Position numbers and translations under genes: made by a program
Notes under the pieces: generated by a model
The model's input: the letters and a program-made list of their open reading frames with translations, nothing else
The model's database searches: none
Told to the model about the DNA's origin: nothing
Shown: positions 49,928-60,203 of the stretch, in pieces
Position numbering within the stretch: the first letter of the stretch is position 1
Layout of the letters: each line of letters begins with the position of its first letter
Assembly: GCA_009780825.1 (NCBI GenBank)
Contig: WQZH01000007.1
Location: 52,696 to 116,695, forward strand
Reading direction: 5' to 3'
DNA: 64,000 bases
From: Desulfobulbus sp.
GTDB lineage: Bacteria; Desulfobacterota; Desulfobulbia; Desulfobulbales; Desulfobulbaceae

Positions 49928-51626
49928 CCGCTTGCAAGACATGCTCTCCGGGAGAGAAGTCCTTCCTCAACCAGACCTATCCGTCATCCGAACCGCCTGC
50001 GCCGAGCCGCTACGTGCGATACAACAGCTCAACCAGGCGATGGAAAAACATATCTGGAGCGCGGGCACGGCAAGTATCCCCGAAGATCAGATACTGGAAG
50101 CCCTGCGCCGCTTTTGGCATTCTTTGACCTTGGATACGTTTCGGGACGCGGTGCGGGTCTGCGCTGGCCTAGCCCTGCCACTGGAACAATCCGGCCCAAG
50201 CCTTATGGATGACAGCAAACGGTTTCAGGCGGCACTGGACGGGCTTGAACCTTGGCGGCAATCGCCCTGCCTGTTCCGGCGCTGTTTTTTCGGCCTGATG
50301 CACAGCTATTTTACCTGTGATCCCGAAACAGAGCCGCACAACACGGTCAAGAGGGAAAACTGGCGGCGCTTGCGTGACTATCTGCGGGGCAACAGCGGCC
50401 GGCTGCTGGAAACGGGAAAAATCAACCCGGATTGGGCGCATTGCCTGCAAGAGCACGTCCGCCTGTTTGGCCCTGAACCTTGCGCGTTCTATGCTCAAGC
50501 TATTCTCAATGGCGATGAGTCCGATGCTGTTTTAAAACCACTGCGCGAGCAATTGCATATCACCGCCTCATCCTGGTTCCACCGTGAACTGGTGCTGGGA
50601 CAGGTGAAAGCGGCGGTGGCCGAAGTGGACGCTGGATTCAGGCCGCTTCTCGGCAGATTGCTGAGGCTGCTTGAAGACAATACGCTGTTGCGTAGTCCCG
50701 GCCTGACCCTATTGCTGGAGCGTTACGCCCGAATCCCCGGTCAGCCATTGCATTCGGAATTGCGTGACGCCGCGGTCAGGTGGTGGCAAAATCCCTGGTT
50801 GCCTTCGACGGCGGCGCAGTGGGGTGGAATGAGCCATGCGGCGAAGGATATGGTGGCGGGCTGGCTGAAGCGCGAATTCATTGAAAGTTTTTTTCAAAAA
50901 CTTGCCCAAGATGGCAACAACGACTCACGACGGGCCAAATTCTGGCTGCGTTATGTCAAATCCATGGGCGATGTGCGCTTTGCCCTTGGTTATAACTGGG
51001 AATATTCACGTGACCGCGATGTACGGGTTTTGCTGGAAAAAATGAAAGGGTTGTACAAATCCATGGATAGGGCCGACGGCAGCGCCTTCATTATGACCTT
51101 GGGCGATGTGGTGGCGGTGGAATTCGGCAAACAAGACAATAGATTGTATGTCTACAGCAGGGACAAATTACCATTTGATCCGGGAAAACACATGGCAACC
51201 TATGTTGACGTACACAATTCACTGAAAAACAATGCAAATTTATTCAAGTTTACCCACTATGGTAATTGGGAACCGAATTTGGAAGGACGATTACGGCAAT
51301 ACGGTATCAGCCCGGATGATGCCGCTACCGTCAGACGCAGACAACCGCCCGTCAATACCATATCGGTCGGAAGGGTAGGTGCTGCCACGGATGCCGTTGC
51401 CGCCGGACAATCGTCCGGCAACACCCTGCCGCGCCCTGCCGTCGCCGGAAGCTACAGCTTCGATAAGCTGCGTCAACTTGCCAAGGATTACAATTTCCGC
51501 ATTGAAGACCGCACCGCCCAAGGTGGTTGTGTTTGGGCGTACACCTCTCATCCTGAAGCCCGGCGCCGGCTGACGTCATGGGGCTTTCGATATAAAGATA
51601 GCAAAGGCTGGTGGCTGAAGCCGTGA
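49914..51626 (+). CDS. zorC: Zorya ZorC (EH-signature domain protein)
   Basis: Follows zorB; RAKFWLRY, VAVEFG...RLYVY, and C-terminal GGCVW...WGFRYK..KGWW. Confidence 0.85.
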   Translation: MKAIDRLQDMLSGREVLPQPDLSVIRTACAEPLRAIQQLNQAMEKHIWSAGTASIPEDQILEALRRFWHSLTLDTFRDAVRVCAGLALPLEQSGPSLMDDSKRFQAALDGLEPWRQSPCLFRRCFFGLMHSYFTCDPETEPHNTVKRENWRRLRDYLRGNSGRLLETGKINPDWAHCLQEHVRLFGPEPCAFYAQAILNGDESDAVLKPLREQLHITASSWFHRELVLGQVKAAVAEVDAGFRPLLGRLLRLLEDNTLLRSPGLTLLLERYARIPGQPLHSELRDAAVRWWQNPWLPSTAAQWGGMSHAAKDMVAGWLKREFIESFFQKLAQDGNNDSRRAKFWLRYVKSMGDVRFALGYNWEYSRDRDVRVLLEKMKGLYKSMDRADGSAFIMTLGDVVAVEFGKQDNRLYVYSRDKLPFDPGKHMATYVDVHNSLKNNANLFKFTHYGNWEPNLEGRLRQYGISPDDAATVRRRQPPVNTISVGRVGAATDAVAAGQSSGNTLPRPAVAGSYSFDKLRQLAKDYNFRIEDRTAQGGCVWAYTSHPEARRRLTSWGFRYKDSKGWWLKP

Positions 51627-51647
51627 AGCTCTGACCGCAAAGACCTG

Positions 51648-51911
51648 TCAATAGTGGTACCGGCAGGAGATGATGGTGATTGCCGCTTCATCCGCCGCAT
51701 AGACCAGACGGTTGCTTGCATCTATCCGCCGCGACCAGAACCCCGACAGATTTTCCCGCAACGGCTCTGGCTTGCCAATACCGGTAAATGGCTGCCGCAA
51801 CGCGGCGATGATGAGCGTATTGATGCGTTTCAATGTCTTCTTATCCTGTCCCTGCCAGTACAGATAGTCGTTCCAGGCTTCATCGGTCCAGGAGAGCAAG
51901 CGTTTAGTCAT
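51648..51911 (-). CDS. yoeB: Txe/YoeB-family toxin
   Basis: WTDEAWNDYLYWQ..DKK..KRIN.LI, PFTGIGKPEPL...LSGFWSRRI...RLVY, CRYHY. Confidence 0.95.
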   Translation of the reverse strand: MTKRLLSWTDEAWNDYLYWQGQDKKTLKRINTLIIAALRQPFTGIGKPEPLRENLSGFWSRRIDASNRLVYAADEAAITIISCRYHY

Positions 51912-52158
51912 CGAGCAAATTCCGCCGCTGGATTTGCCCGGCCTGATACTGGGCGATGGATTTGCCCAGATGTTCTGCATTGGCCGGTGAGCGCAGCAGA
52001 TGCACGGTCTCCATCAGGCTGTTGTAGAAGTCCAGCGACATGACCACCGCGTCCTGGGCGTCCCGGCGGGTGATGACGGTGGCTTCCGCATCTTGAACCA
52101 CGGCATCCAGGATGGCTTTCAGGCTGTTCCGCGCGGTGGTGAACGATACGACTTTCAT
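51904..52158 (-). CDS. yefM: YefM/Phd-family antitoxin
   Basis: SFTTARNSLK, VITRR...DAVVMSL..YNSLMET.HLLRSPANA.HL..SI; GGAGG RBS. Confidence 0.95.
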   Translation of the reverse strand: MKVVSFTTARNSLKAILDAVVQDAEATVITRRDAQDAVVMSLDFYNSLMETVHLLRSPANAEHLGKSIAQYQAGQIQRRNLLDD

Positions 52159-52169
52159 AATGGCCTCCA

Positions 52170-52218
52170 CTTGTACAGAAAACAAGACAAGTATAGGCGC
52201 CACAATGAGACAGAGCAA
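52170..52218 (-). promoter_or_regulatory. yefM-yoeB promoter and operator
   Basis: TTGCTC-N17-TATACT (52218-52190). TGTACA core at 52172-52177 within CTTGT...ACAAG; TGTACA is the core of the E. coli yefM-yoeB operator. Confidence 0.65.
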
Positions 52219-52245
52219 CATATTTCATCCGTATCAAAAGGGAAA

Positions 52246-55200
52246 ATGATGGGTATTTTCAGTAAAAAGACACAATCCCTCTGGCGGCGGCGCTGGACGG
52301 AAGAAGGCGTCATTCTTGACCGTGGCGGTGCCGGGGTGCAACTCGACGCGCCGCTTTTGCCCGCTTTTCTGGAGCAACTTCAGGATGACGGGCACGCTGT
52401 GGAATGGGGCGACGACCTGATCATTTCCTGGGATGAACTCTATGATGCCCTGGCAAAAGAAGGCTATGAGGAGTTGGCCCAGGCGTTGAAGCTGCCACCG
52501 GAGACGCCGCATCATCCCCGGTTGGGAAGTAGCGGGGCCTTGACCGACCTGGATTTTTCCATCGTTCTTTCCTGGAAAAAATTTGGTGTTACAGCCAATC
52601 TCAAGCGCTGCGGCGCGGTGCTTACCGACGGAAACGGTGAAGAATTGATGACGGTCGCCCAGTGGCGGCTGGCGCGGGAGGTTGTCGCTTTTGCGAAACG
52701 GCAAGACCACGATGAACTGTATCAGCGGCAAAGTTGGGGCCGCATTCGCAAACTGGCACAAATGACGGGAGCGGGGCTTGATGATTTCCTCGGGCGCACC
52801 GTGGTGCTGACCCCGGATAAACTGCAACTCGGTTTGAACAAGATGGAGGATGCGGGCGAGGCCATTGTGGAAATCGTCCCAACATTCGAGGATGCGCCTC
52901 CCGGCTGGCTCCTCTCTTTCGATGCGGCGAATAGCGTCCGTGACCGCTATGACATCGTCACTGAAGAAGGCATTGTGCAGGTGCTGGTGACCCCGGAAGT
53001 TAAAACGGTGTTGCGGGAAATCAAACGGTTGCCGAAACGCCGGGCAACCGGGGCGCGGGCCAAAGCCATTTTACTCAACCCTGTCGCCGCCCTGGGCGAT
53101 GAAGCTGGAACAGTCATTGATCCAGAACAGATCGAAACGGCGCGGGAACAGGCCGGTATTGTTCACGAATATCTTTATCCACTAATAGAACGCGACAACT
53201 ACGGTTTCCCGGCCTGCGTCGGCTTGCGCGTCGAAACGCTGACGGGTGGCGGCGTCTCTTCGTCGAAAACAGAATGGTTGACCGATGACGAAGACGACCA
53301 TGCCCTAGACGAATTTGTGCGGCAACTGAACGTAGCTCTGGTGCAGCATTTCCCGTTGCTGGGCTGGCAGGGCTATGAATTTGAGCTGCGGAGCGACGCG
53401 GCGGAACATCTGCGGCACTTGCAAAAGGCGCTTGACGAACGAAGGACGCCGCATATCCGCATCCGCTATGAGGACATCCATAACCTGGCGAACTACAGCG
53501 ACCGCATTGAGGGTATCGGCGAGGAAAAAGCCTATGTTTCTGTTTATATCAAAAAAGACGGCAAACCGTGGTTTCCCGTTGATCCGATTGACCTCACCAT
53601 TATTTCCATTCCGCCACTGTCCGAAGGCGGCGATGGCACGCTGCTGCCGGTCACGCCAAAGCAGATTGAAGAATTAAAAACAGCGGTCAATGACGCGAAA
53701 GAGCGAGAAGAGACAGAGATCAACCTGCCTTGGCTGCCACGCCCTCTTGCGGTCGATGAGGCGGATGAAATCACTAAAGATTTTCCCGGTGCTGAAGCTC
53801 AAAAACCTCCTGTTGGTGGCGGTAACCCTCCCAAACCGCCACCAACACCTGGCAAGCCGAACACCCTCATCCTCAAATCCAATATCAATACCTTGGACTA
53901 TGCGCAACTTCGCCGGGAGGCGGCGGAGAAAGCGCTTTTGGCCCCTCCGCGCCCGCCGCAAAGCCTGCGGAAAAATATCAGTCTTCTTGACCATCAAAAA
54001 GTCGGTCTGGCCTGGTTGCAGGGAATGCACCGGGAGCGAGAGCGCATTAACGCTGGCGGCGTCATCCTCGCCGATGACATGGGTCTTGGCAAGACCCTGC
54101 AAATCCTCGCTTTCATGGCTGGTCTTCTCGAAGAAAGCCCAGAGACCAATCCCATGCTGGTGGTGGCGCCGGTGTCGCTTCTCGACAACTGGCGGGAGGA
54201 GATGGCAAGGTTTTTCATCCTCAAGGCACTGCCCACGCTTACCGCCTATGGCGATGGCCTGGCCCATCTGCGCCTGCCACGGGACCAGGTGGATGAGCGT
54301 CTGCGTCAAGAAGACGGCTTGGTGAGTTTTCTTAAACCCGGTTGGGTTGGCAATCACAAAATTGTTCTTACCACCTACGAGACGTTACGCAACCTGGAGT
54401 TTTCCTTCGCCTTGCAGCCCTGGTCGGTGATGGTCTGCGACGAGGCACAGAAGATCAAAAACCCGGCAGCCATGGTCACACGGGCGGCGAAAAAACAGAA
54501 AGCCGCCTTCAAGATCGCCTGCACCGGCACGCCGGTGGAGAATACGCTGGCTGACCTGTGGTGCCTCTTTGATTTCATCCAGCCTGGTCTTCTCGACGCT
54601 TTGGATGAATTCGGCAAACGCTACCGCAAACCGATCGAGGCCAGAACCGAGGAAGAGAAAGCGAAGGTGGAGGAACTGCGGCAAAAAATTGCCCCGCAGG
54701 TGCTGCGCCGCCTCAAGGCGGATGTGGCAAAGGATTTGAAAGAAAAGCGAGTTGACGCGGACTGCCGCAAGCTGCCCCTGTCCGACGAGCAACGGCGCTT
54801 GTATGCTGGGGCCATCAAGTTGTTTAGAAGGCGCGACCAGCCGGGCGCGGCCACGCCTTTCAAAAATCACCTGGGCCTGTTGCACTACCTGCGCCTGGTC
54901 TGCACCGATCCGAAACGCCACGGACTCACCAGCTTCACGCCGGAACCACTCAGCCAATATCGCGCCAAAGCGCCGAAACTGGACTGGTTGCTGGATCGAT
55001 TGCACGGCATCAAAAAACAAAAGGAAAAAGCCATTATCTTCTGCGAATTCCGGGAAATGCAGCGGCTATTGCAGCATTACATTCATGAATCCATCGGGTT
55101 GCGACCGCAGATTATCAACGGCGAGACCGCCACGTCGGCAGGCAGCGCCACCAGCCGCCAAAAACAAATCAGGAAATTTCAGGAGGAGAAAGGCTTTGGT

Positions 55201-55957
55201 GTGCTCATCCTGTCACCCCTGGCGGTTGGATTCGGCGTCAACATCCAGGCGGCCAACCATGTCATTCATTACACGCGAACTTGGAATCCGGCCAAGGAGG
55301 ATCAGGCCACCGACCGCGCCTACCGCATCGGCCAGGAAAAGGATGTCTTTGTCTATCTATCCCACGGTATGCGCCGATGATTTCGTCACCTTCGATGTCC
55401 GGCTTGATGAACTGCTGGAAAAAAAGCGCGGTCTCGCCGGTGATATGCTCAATGGCACCGGGGATGTGGATTGGAGCGACGCCCTGACGGGCATGACGCC
55501 AGATGGCGGCGGGACGCTCGATGAACGGATTACCATGGAAAAAATCGGGGCCATAGATCCCCGCTACTTCGAGGCGCTGACGGTGGCGATCTGGGGTAAA
55601 CGCGGATTTACCTGTGTCCTCACACCGCCAAGCGGTGATCAGGGCATTGATGTCGTTGCCATACAAGGCGAAGAGGGCGTTTTGATTCAGGTAAAAAAGG
55701 CGTCTGAGGACAGGGCTCTGGGCTGGGACGCCGTGAAGGAGGTTGTGGCTGGAGAGGCATATTATCGTCAACAGCACCCAGGAATCAACTTTCAGAAGAT
55801 TGCCTTGACCAATCAATTGTTCAACGATGCGGCCAGGGAACAGGCGCGGCTCAATGACGTGGAATTGCTGGAGCAGGCGTGGCTTGAACAATCTCTTGGA
55901 GAGTATGCCATCATGATGTCCGAACTTGAGCGGATACTGTTTCGGAGCGAATCGTGA
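52246..55957 (+). pseudogene. zorD: Zorya ZorD (SNF2 helicase plus C-terminal Mrr-like nuclease), interrupted by a +1 insertion at about 55357
   Basis: N-terminus LEQL...SWDELY...GALTDLDF; ADDMGLGKT, CDEAQKIKN, TGTPVEN, WNPAKEDQATDRAYRIGQ. Next frame gives YPTVCADDFVTFD...FEAL...DQGIDVV...LIQVK (Mrr-type). Confidence 0.88.
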
Positions 55958-56341
55958 TGCAAGGCCACAAGATGTGGATGCGTCAGCGCGCGGGAAAACT
56001 CATGCCGCCAAAAGAACCGGCGCCTGTCGCTCACCTTTGATTTGCATTCCCTCTGCAACCAGGCGGTGTTCCCCTCTTTTTCGGGCAATAAATTTCTTGT
56101 GATTCTTGACCAGCGAACTATATTGCCCGCAGCCAACATGCCTGCGGCGCATATATCTGCGCCAGGCTGACAGTCCATTACCAAAAAAGGAACGATGAAC
56201 GACTCAGACGGCAGTCACAGTTGCTGGTCAACGGACCAGGGACACGAACAGTTGCAACAACCTGAACACCCTAGATCGCGGTGCTTGAGCCGCGCGGCAG
56301 GCACATTGGACAGTCGGCGCTCGTTTCACGTTTAGCCCTCA

Positions 56342-56389
56342 GTTCACTTCCGGCCGCCCCTCGACCACCGCGGCCGCAAGGAGGTGAAC
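56342..56389 (+). promoter_or_regulatory. Hairpin sequestering a strong Shine-Dalgarno in the mgtA leader
   Basis: GTTCACTTCC (56342-51) pairs with GGAGGTGAAC (56380-89); inner GGCCGC/GCGGCC stem. Confidence 0.55.
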
Positions 56390-56390
56390 C

Positions 56391-56534
56391 TTGGCGTCTC
56401 CATCTTTCTTGGCATTCTCCCCACCCATCAGCCCTTCTTCCGGCAACGATGGTGCTACTCACCCATCCTTCCATCCCGTCTATCGCTTTCTTTTCGTCAT
56501 CAACGTTGCGAGTTGCGAGAGGACGCGGCCATGA
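56391..56534 (+). CDS. Candidate Pro-rich leader peptide of mgtA (47 aa)
   Basis: AAGGAGGT 5 nt before TTG; MASPSFLAFSPPISPSSGNDGATHPSFHPVYRFLFVINVASCERTRP*; stop overlaps the mgtA ATG (ATGA). Confidence 0.45.
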   Translation: MASPSFLAFSPPISPSSGNDGATHPSFHPVYRFLFVINVASCERTRP

Positions 56535-59182
56535 GCAACGCTCCCTCTTTCCGCTCTGCCGCATCGCCGACAAAAAATAAGTTTCAGCAGCAAAATGACA
56601 ACGAACAGCGCCTGCTGTCCAATTGCATTGGCTCGCCGGAGGAAATGGCGGCCAGCCTTGACGTCAGCCTGCACGGCTTGAGCGCCCAGGAAGCCGAGAA
56701 GCGCCTGAGCCATTTCGGTCCGAACGAGTTGACCAGTACGCAACGGCTGAGTGTGGTCGTGGACATCTACCACCGGCTGAAAAGTCCGCTGGTGGTGCAA
56801 TTGCTGGTGATTGCCCTGCTCTCGGCCGCGATGGGCGAGATGGCGTCATCCATCATCGTCGGGGCGATGATCGTGCTCAGTGTCGGCCTCTCCTTTGTTC
56901 TTGATCGGAAATCCGGCAATGCGGTCGAAACCTTGGGCAAACGTGTCCAGTCAAGGACCTATGTCATCCGGGATGGAGAAGAGGTTGAAATCAAGATGTC
57001 GGATGTCGTGCCTGGCGACATCGTGCTGCTCCAGGCAGGCTCCATCGTGCCGGCGGACCTGCGCCTGATCGCGGCCAAGGATTTTTTTGTCAGCGAATCC
57101 GCGCTGACCGGCGAATCCATGCCAGTGGAAAAAACGAGCCAGATGCCGGCAACACCTCCTACCACGGCGCTGGAACTGGTCAACGCCTGTTTTCTCGGCA
57201 CCTCGGTCATCAGCGGCACGGCCCGCGGCATGGTGATCAACACCGGCCCCAGCACACTGTTTGGCGCCATTGCGGAACGATTGGCGGACACAAGCCAGAA
57301 GACCAGCTTTGACCTCGGCGTCCGCTCGTTCACCTGGCTGATGATCCGTTTCATGCTCATCATGGTCTGCGCGGTGTTTTGTATCGTCGGGCTGACCAAG
57401 GGTGACTGGCTCGAAGCCCTGTTGTTCGGCCTGTCGGTGGCGGTGGGACTGACCCCGGAGATGCTGCCGATGATCGTGACCGTCAATCTCGCCAAGGGGG
57501 CCCTGACGATGGCCAAGAAAAAGGTCATTGTCAAACGCCTGCCGTCGATCCAGAATTTTGGCGCCATCGACATCCTCTGCACCGACAAGACGGGGACCCT
57601 CACCCAGGACAAGGTCGTGCTGGAGCGCCATGTGGACATCGTGGGCCATCCCAGCGAGGAGGTGCTCAATTACGCCTTCCTCAACAGTTATTTCCAGACT
57701 GGGCTGCGCAATCTAATCGATCGGGCCGTGATCGAATTTGCCGGTCTTGCGGTCGATTCCAACTGCCGCCTGGTGGATGAGTTGCCCTTTGATTTCCAGC
57801 GCCGCCGCATGTCGGTGGTGGTGGAATATGAAGGTGACCACGTCTTGATCTGCAAGGGCGCGGTCGAGGAAATCTATTCCTGCTGCAGCCACTACCAGAT
57901 CAACGAGGAGATTTACCCCCTGATCGACCTGATTCGTGCCGATCTGTTCGAGGAAGTCGACAAGCTCAACTCCGAGGGCTTTCGGGTGCTCGGCATTGCC
58001 TACCGCGAATTTTCCGCAGCAAGATCAGTCTTTACGGTTGAAGATGAAAGTCGGATGATTCTCCTGGGATATATCGCCTTCTTCGATCCGCCCAAGGTTT
58101 CAGCCACCGAAGCCCTGAAAATTTTACCCGACGTCGGCGTGACGGTGAAAGTTCTCACCGGGGACAATGGCCTGATTACCCAAACGGTCTGCCGACACGT
58201 GGGCTTGCATGTGCGGCAGATGATCAGCGGCGCGGAACTGGCCAGGCTTGACCAGGCGCATTTTTCTCAAGCCGTGCAGACCTGCGACGTGTTTGTCAAG
58301 CTCACCCCCACCCAGAAGGAGCAGATTGTCCGCGAACTTCGCCGCTGCGGGCACGTCGTCGGATTCATGGGTGACGGCATCAACGATGCCCCGGCCCTGA
58401 AAGCGGCCGACGTCGGCATCTCGGTGGACTCCGGGGTCGATGTTGCCAAGGAGGCAGCCGATATTGTCCTGCTGGAGAAGAGCCTCCTGGTCCTGGAAGA
58501 GGGCATCATGGAGGGACGCCGCGTTTTTGCCAATATCATCAAATACATCCGCATGGGATCAAGTTCAAATTTCGGCAACATGTTCAGCGTGGTCGGCGCC
58601 AGTTATCTGCTGCCTTTTCTGCCGATGCTGCCGGTGCAGATCCTGGTCAACAATCTGCTCTACGATTTTTCCCAGACCGGCATCCCAGCCGATACGGTCG
58701 ATGAGGAGCAAATCGCCCATCCCCGTAAATGGAATATCGACAATATCAAGCGGTTCATGGTGTATATCGGACCGATCAGTTCTTTGTTCGATTACGCCAC
58801 CTTTGCCTTGATGTGGTTTGTATTCCACTGTTCAGAGTATCTTGCCCCCGGCATCTCTCCAGAGCAGCAGGAGCAATGGGCGCGGCTTTTCCAGACCGGA
58901 TGGTTTGTCGAGTCGCTCCTGACCCAAACCCTGATCGTCCACATCATCCGCACCCGCCGTATCCCTTTCTTCCAAAGCAGCGCCTCGCTGCCCATGACCA
59001 TGACCACCTTGGCGGTGATGGCCGTCGGGGTGTGGCTCCCCTATTCACCTTTTGCCGGCGCTCTTGGCCTGGTGGCCCTGCCCCCGATGTACTGGGCCTG
59101 GATAGCCGTCTTTCTGGCCACCTACTGTATCTTGACTCATGGAGTCAAAACCTGGTTCTTTCATCGGTACGGAGGTAATTGA
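56531..59182 (+). CDS. mgtA: Magnesium-translocating P-type ATPase
   Basis: LTGES, VGLTPEMLPMIV, CTDKTGTLT, LPFDFQRRRMSV, TGDN, GDGIND, SSNFGNMFS, TGWFVES. Confidence 0.96.
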   Translation: MSNAPSFRSAASPTKNKFQQQNDNEQRLLSNCIGSPEEMAASLDVSLHGLSAQEAEKRLSHFGPNELTSTQRLSVVVDIYHRLKSPLVVQLLVIALLSAAMGEMASSIIVGAMIVLSVGLSFVLDRKSGNAVETLGKRVQSRTYVIRDGEEVEIKMSDVVPGDIVLLQAGSIVPADLRLIAAKDFFVSESALTGESMPVEKTSQMPATPPTTALELVNACFLGTSVISGTARGMVINTGPSTLFGAIAERLADTSQKTSFDLGVRSFTWLMIRFMLIMVCAVFCIVGLTKGDWLEALLFGLSVAVGLTPEMLPMIVTVNLAKGALTMAKKKVIVKRLPSIQNFGAIDILCTDKTGTLTQDKVVLERHVDIVGHPSEEVLNYAFLNSYFQTGLRNLIDRAVIEFAGLAVDSNCRLVDELPFDFQRRRMSVVVEYEGDHVLICKGAVEEIYSCCSHYQINEEIYPLIDLIRADLFEEVDKLNSEGFRVLGIAYREFSAARSVFTVEDESRMILLGYIAFFDPPKVSATEALKILPDVGVTVKVLTGDNGLITQTVCRHVGLHVRQMISGAELARLDQAHFSQAVQTCDVFVKLTPTQKEQIVRELRRCGHVVGFMGDGINDAPALKAADVGISVDSGVDVAKEAADIVLLEKSLLVLEEGIMEGRRVFANIIKYIRMGSSSNFGNMFSVVGASYLLPFLPMLPVQILVNNLLYDFSQTGIPADTVDEEQIAHPRKWNIDNIKRFMVYIGPISSLFDYATFALMWFVFHCSEYLAPGISPEQQEQWARLFQTGWFVESLLTQTLIVHIIRTRRIPFFQSSASLPMTMTTLAVMAVGVWLPYSPFAGALGLVALPPMYWAWIAVFLATYCILTHGVKTWFFHRYGGN

Positions 59183-59184
59183 CC

Positions 59185-59985
59185 ATGGAAACCCTGCTTG
59201 ATGCCTTACAGGAAGGGCGGCTGTTCGAACTGCCCGAAAATGACAAAACCCATGCCTTGCAGTTCCTGGCGCACATCATCGAGGCATTTCCCGAGATTCC
59301 GGCCGGCACGGAAATCGTCGAACTGGTCATGGCCCGGGAACAGGCCACCAATACCGGCATCGGCAAAGGCTGGTCCTGTCCGCATGCGGGCGTTCCCTTT
59401 GACGGCGATCTGGTCTGCGTGGTCGGCTGGAGTCCGTCCGGGATTAACTACGGAACCAAAGACCAGCAACCGGTCCAGTTGGTGGTGATGTACCTGGTGC
59501 CGACCAACCAACGGAGCCATTATTTACGCGAAGTTTCCATCATGGCCAAGGCGGTGGAGGGTTTTCCCGATAACGGCAGGCTGGAGTCGGCGCAGGATCT
59601 GAATGATGTCCGCAACTATCTGCTCGATCTCATAGCGGCGTCCAAGGAGACCGCTGTCCCGGATATCAGGACGAGAATGATCCGGCTGCAGGCCAAACCG
59701 GCCATTGAGCCCCCAGCCTTGAAAGATCTTTCCAACCTCGTCGTTGAACCGGTTTCTTTGGTCAGCGGCTTGGGACTGCGCCAGATCACCTTGAGTCAAA
59801 ACGCCGAGCTGACCGAAATGCTCGACCGGGCCGATGGGTTAATCGAAAAACTCGAGGCGGATGGAGTCTATCAGATCAAAGATTGGCGGGTCCTGCGCCG
59901 CATCACCTCGGCCTACGAAGGAGGGCGGATCGTGCATAAATGCCTGGCCATCCGAATTATGCCGGAGCGTACAGCGAAATCGTGA
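59185..59985 (+). CDS. PTS EIIA-domain protein with C-terminal extension
   Basis: REQATNTGIGKGWSCPHA (EIIA type-2 fold, conserved His); GGAGGT RBS inside the end of mgtA. Confidence 0.8.
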   Translation: METLLDALQEGRLFELPENDKTHALQFLAHIIEAFPEIPAGTEIVELVMAREQATNTGIGKGWSCPHAGVPFDGDLVCVVGWSPSGINYGTKDQQPVQLVVMYLVPTNQRSHYLREVSIMAKAVEGFPDNGRLESAQDLNDVRNYLLDLIAASKETAVPDIRTRMIRLQAKPAIEPPALKDLSNLVVEPVSLVSGLGLRQITLSQNAELTEMLDRADGLIEKLEADGVYQIKDWRVLRRITSAYEGGRIVHKCLAIRIMPERTAKS

Positions 59986-60203
59986 TATTTAAGCAATAAG
60001 TGGCCATTTATGAAAAATTGCGCGTTCCTGGACAGGGTCTTGAGAGGTGAAACATCGGGTCGGGATAGGGCGGTGCCGGCGGAGGTGGCAGGCACGGCAA
60101 TGATCAAATCGCCCGCGCACCGTTCGCCGCTTTTCATGGCACGTAAGCGAGCTGAGCCCGATAACCGATAATGCCTCCCGGTCAAACGCAAACACCTGCA
60201 AAG

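Noticed and set aside
55330-55380. Programmed ribosomal frameshift or phase-variable tract in zorD
   Set aside because: A +1 shift is needed, but no recognised slippery site or homopolymer is present; only a 2x CTAT repeat.
56180-56530. M-box (ykoK) or fluoride riboswitch before mgtA
   Set aside because: The conserved cores of those families were not found by eye.
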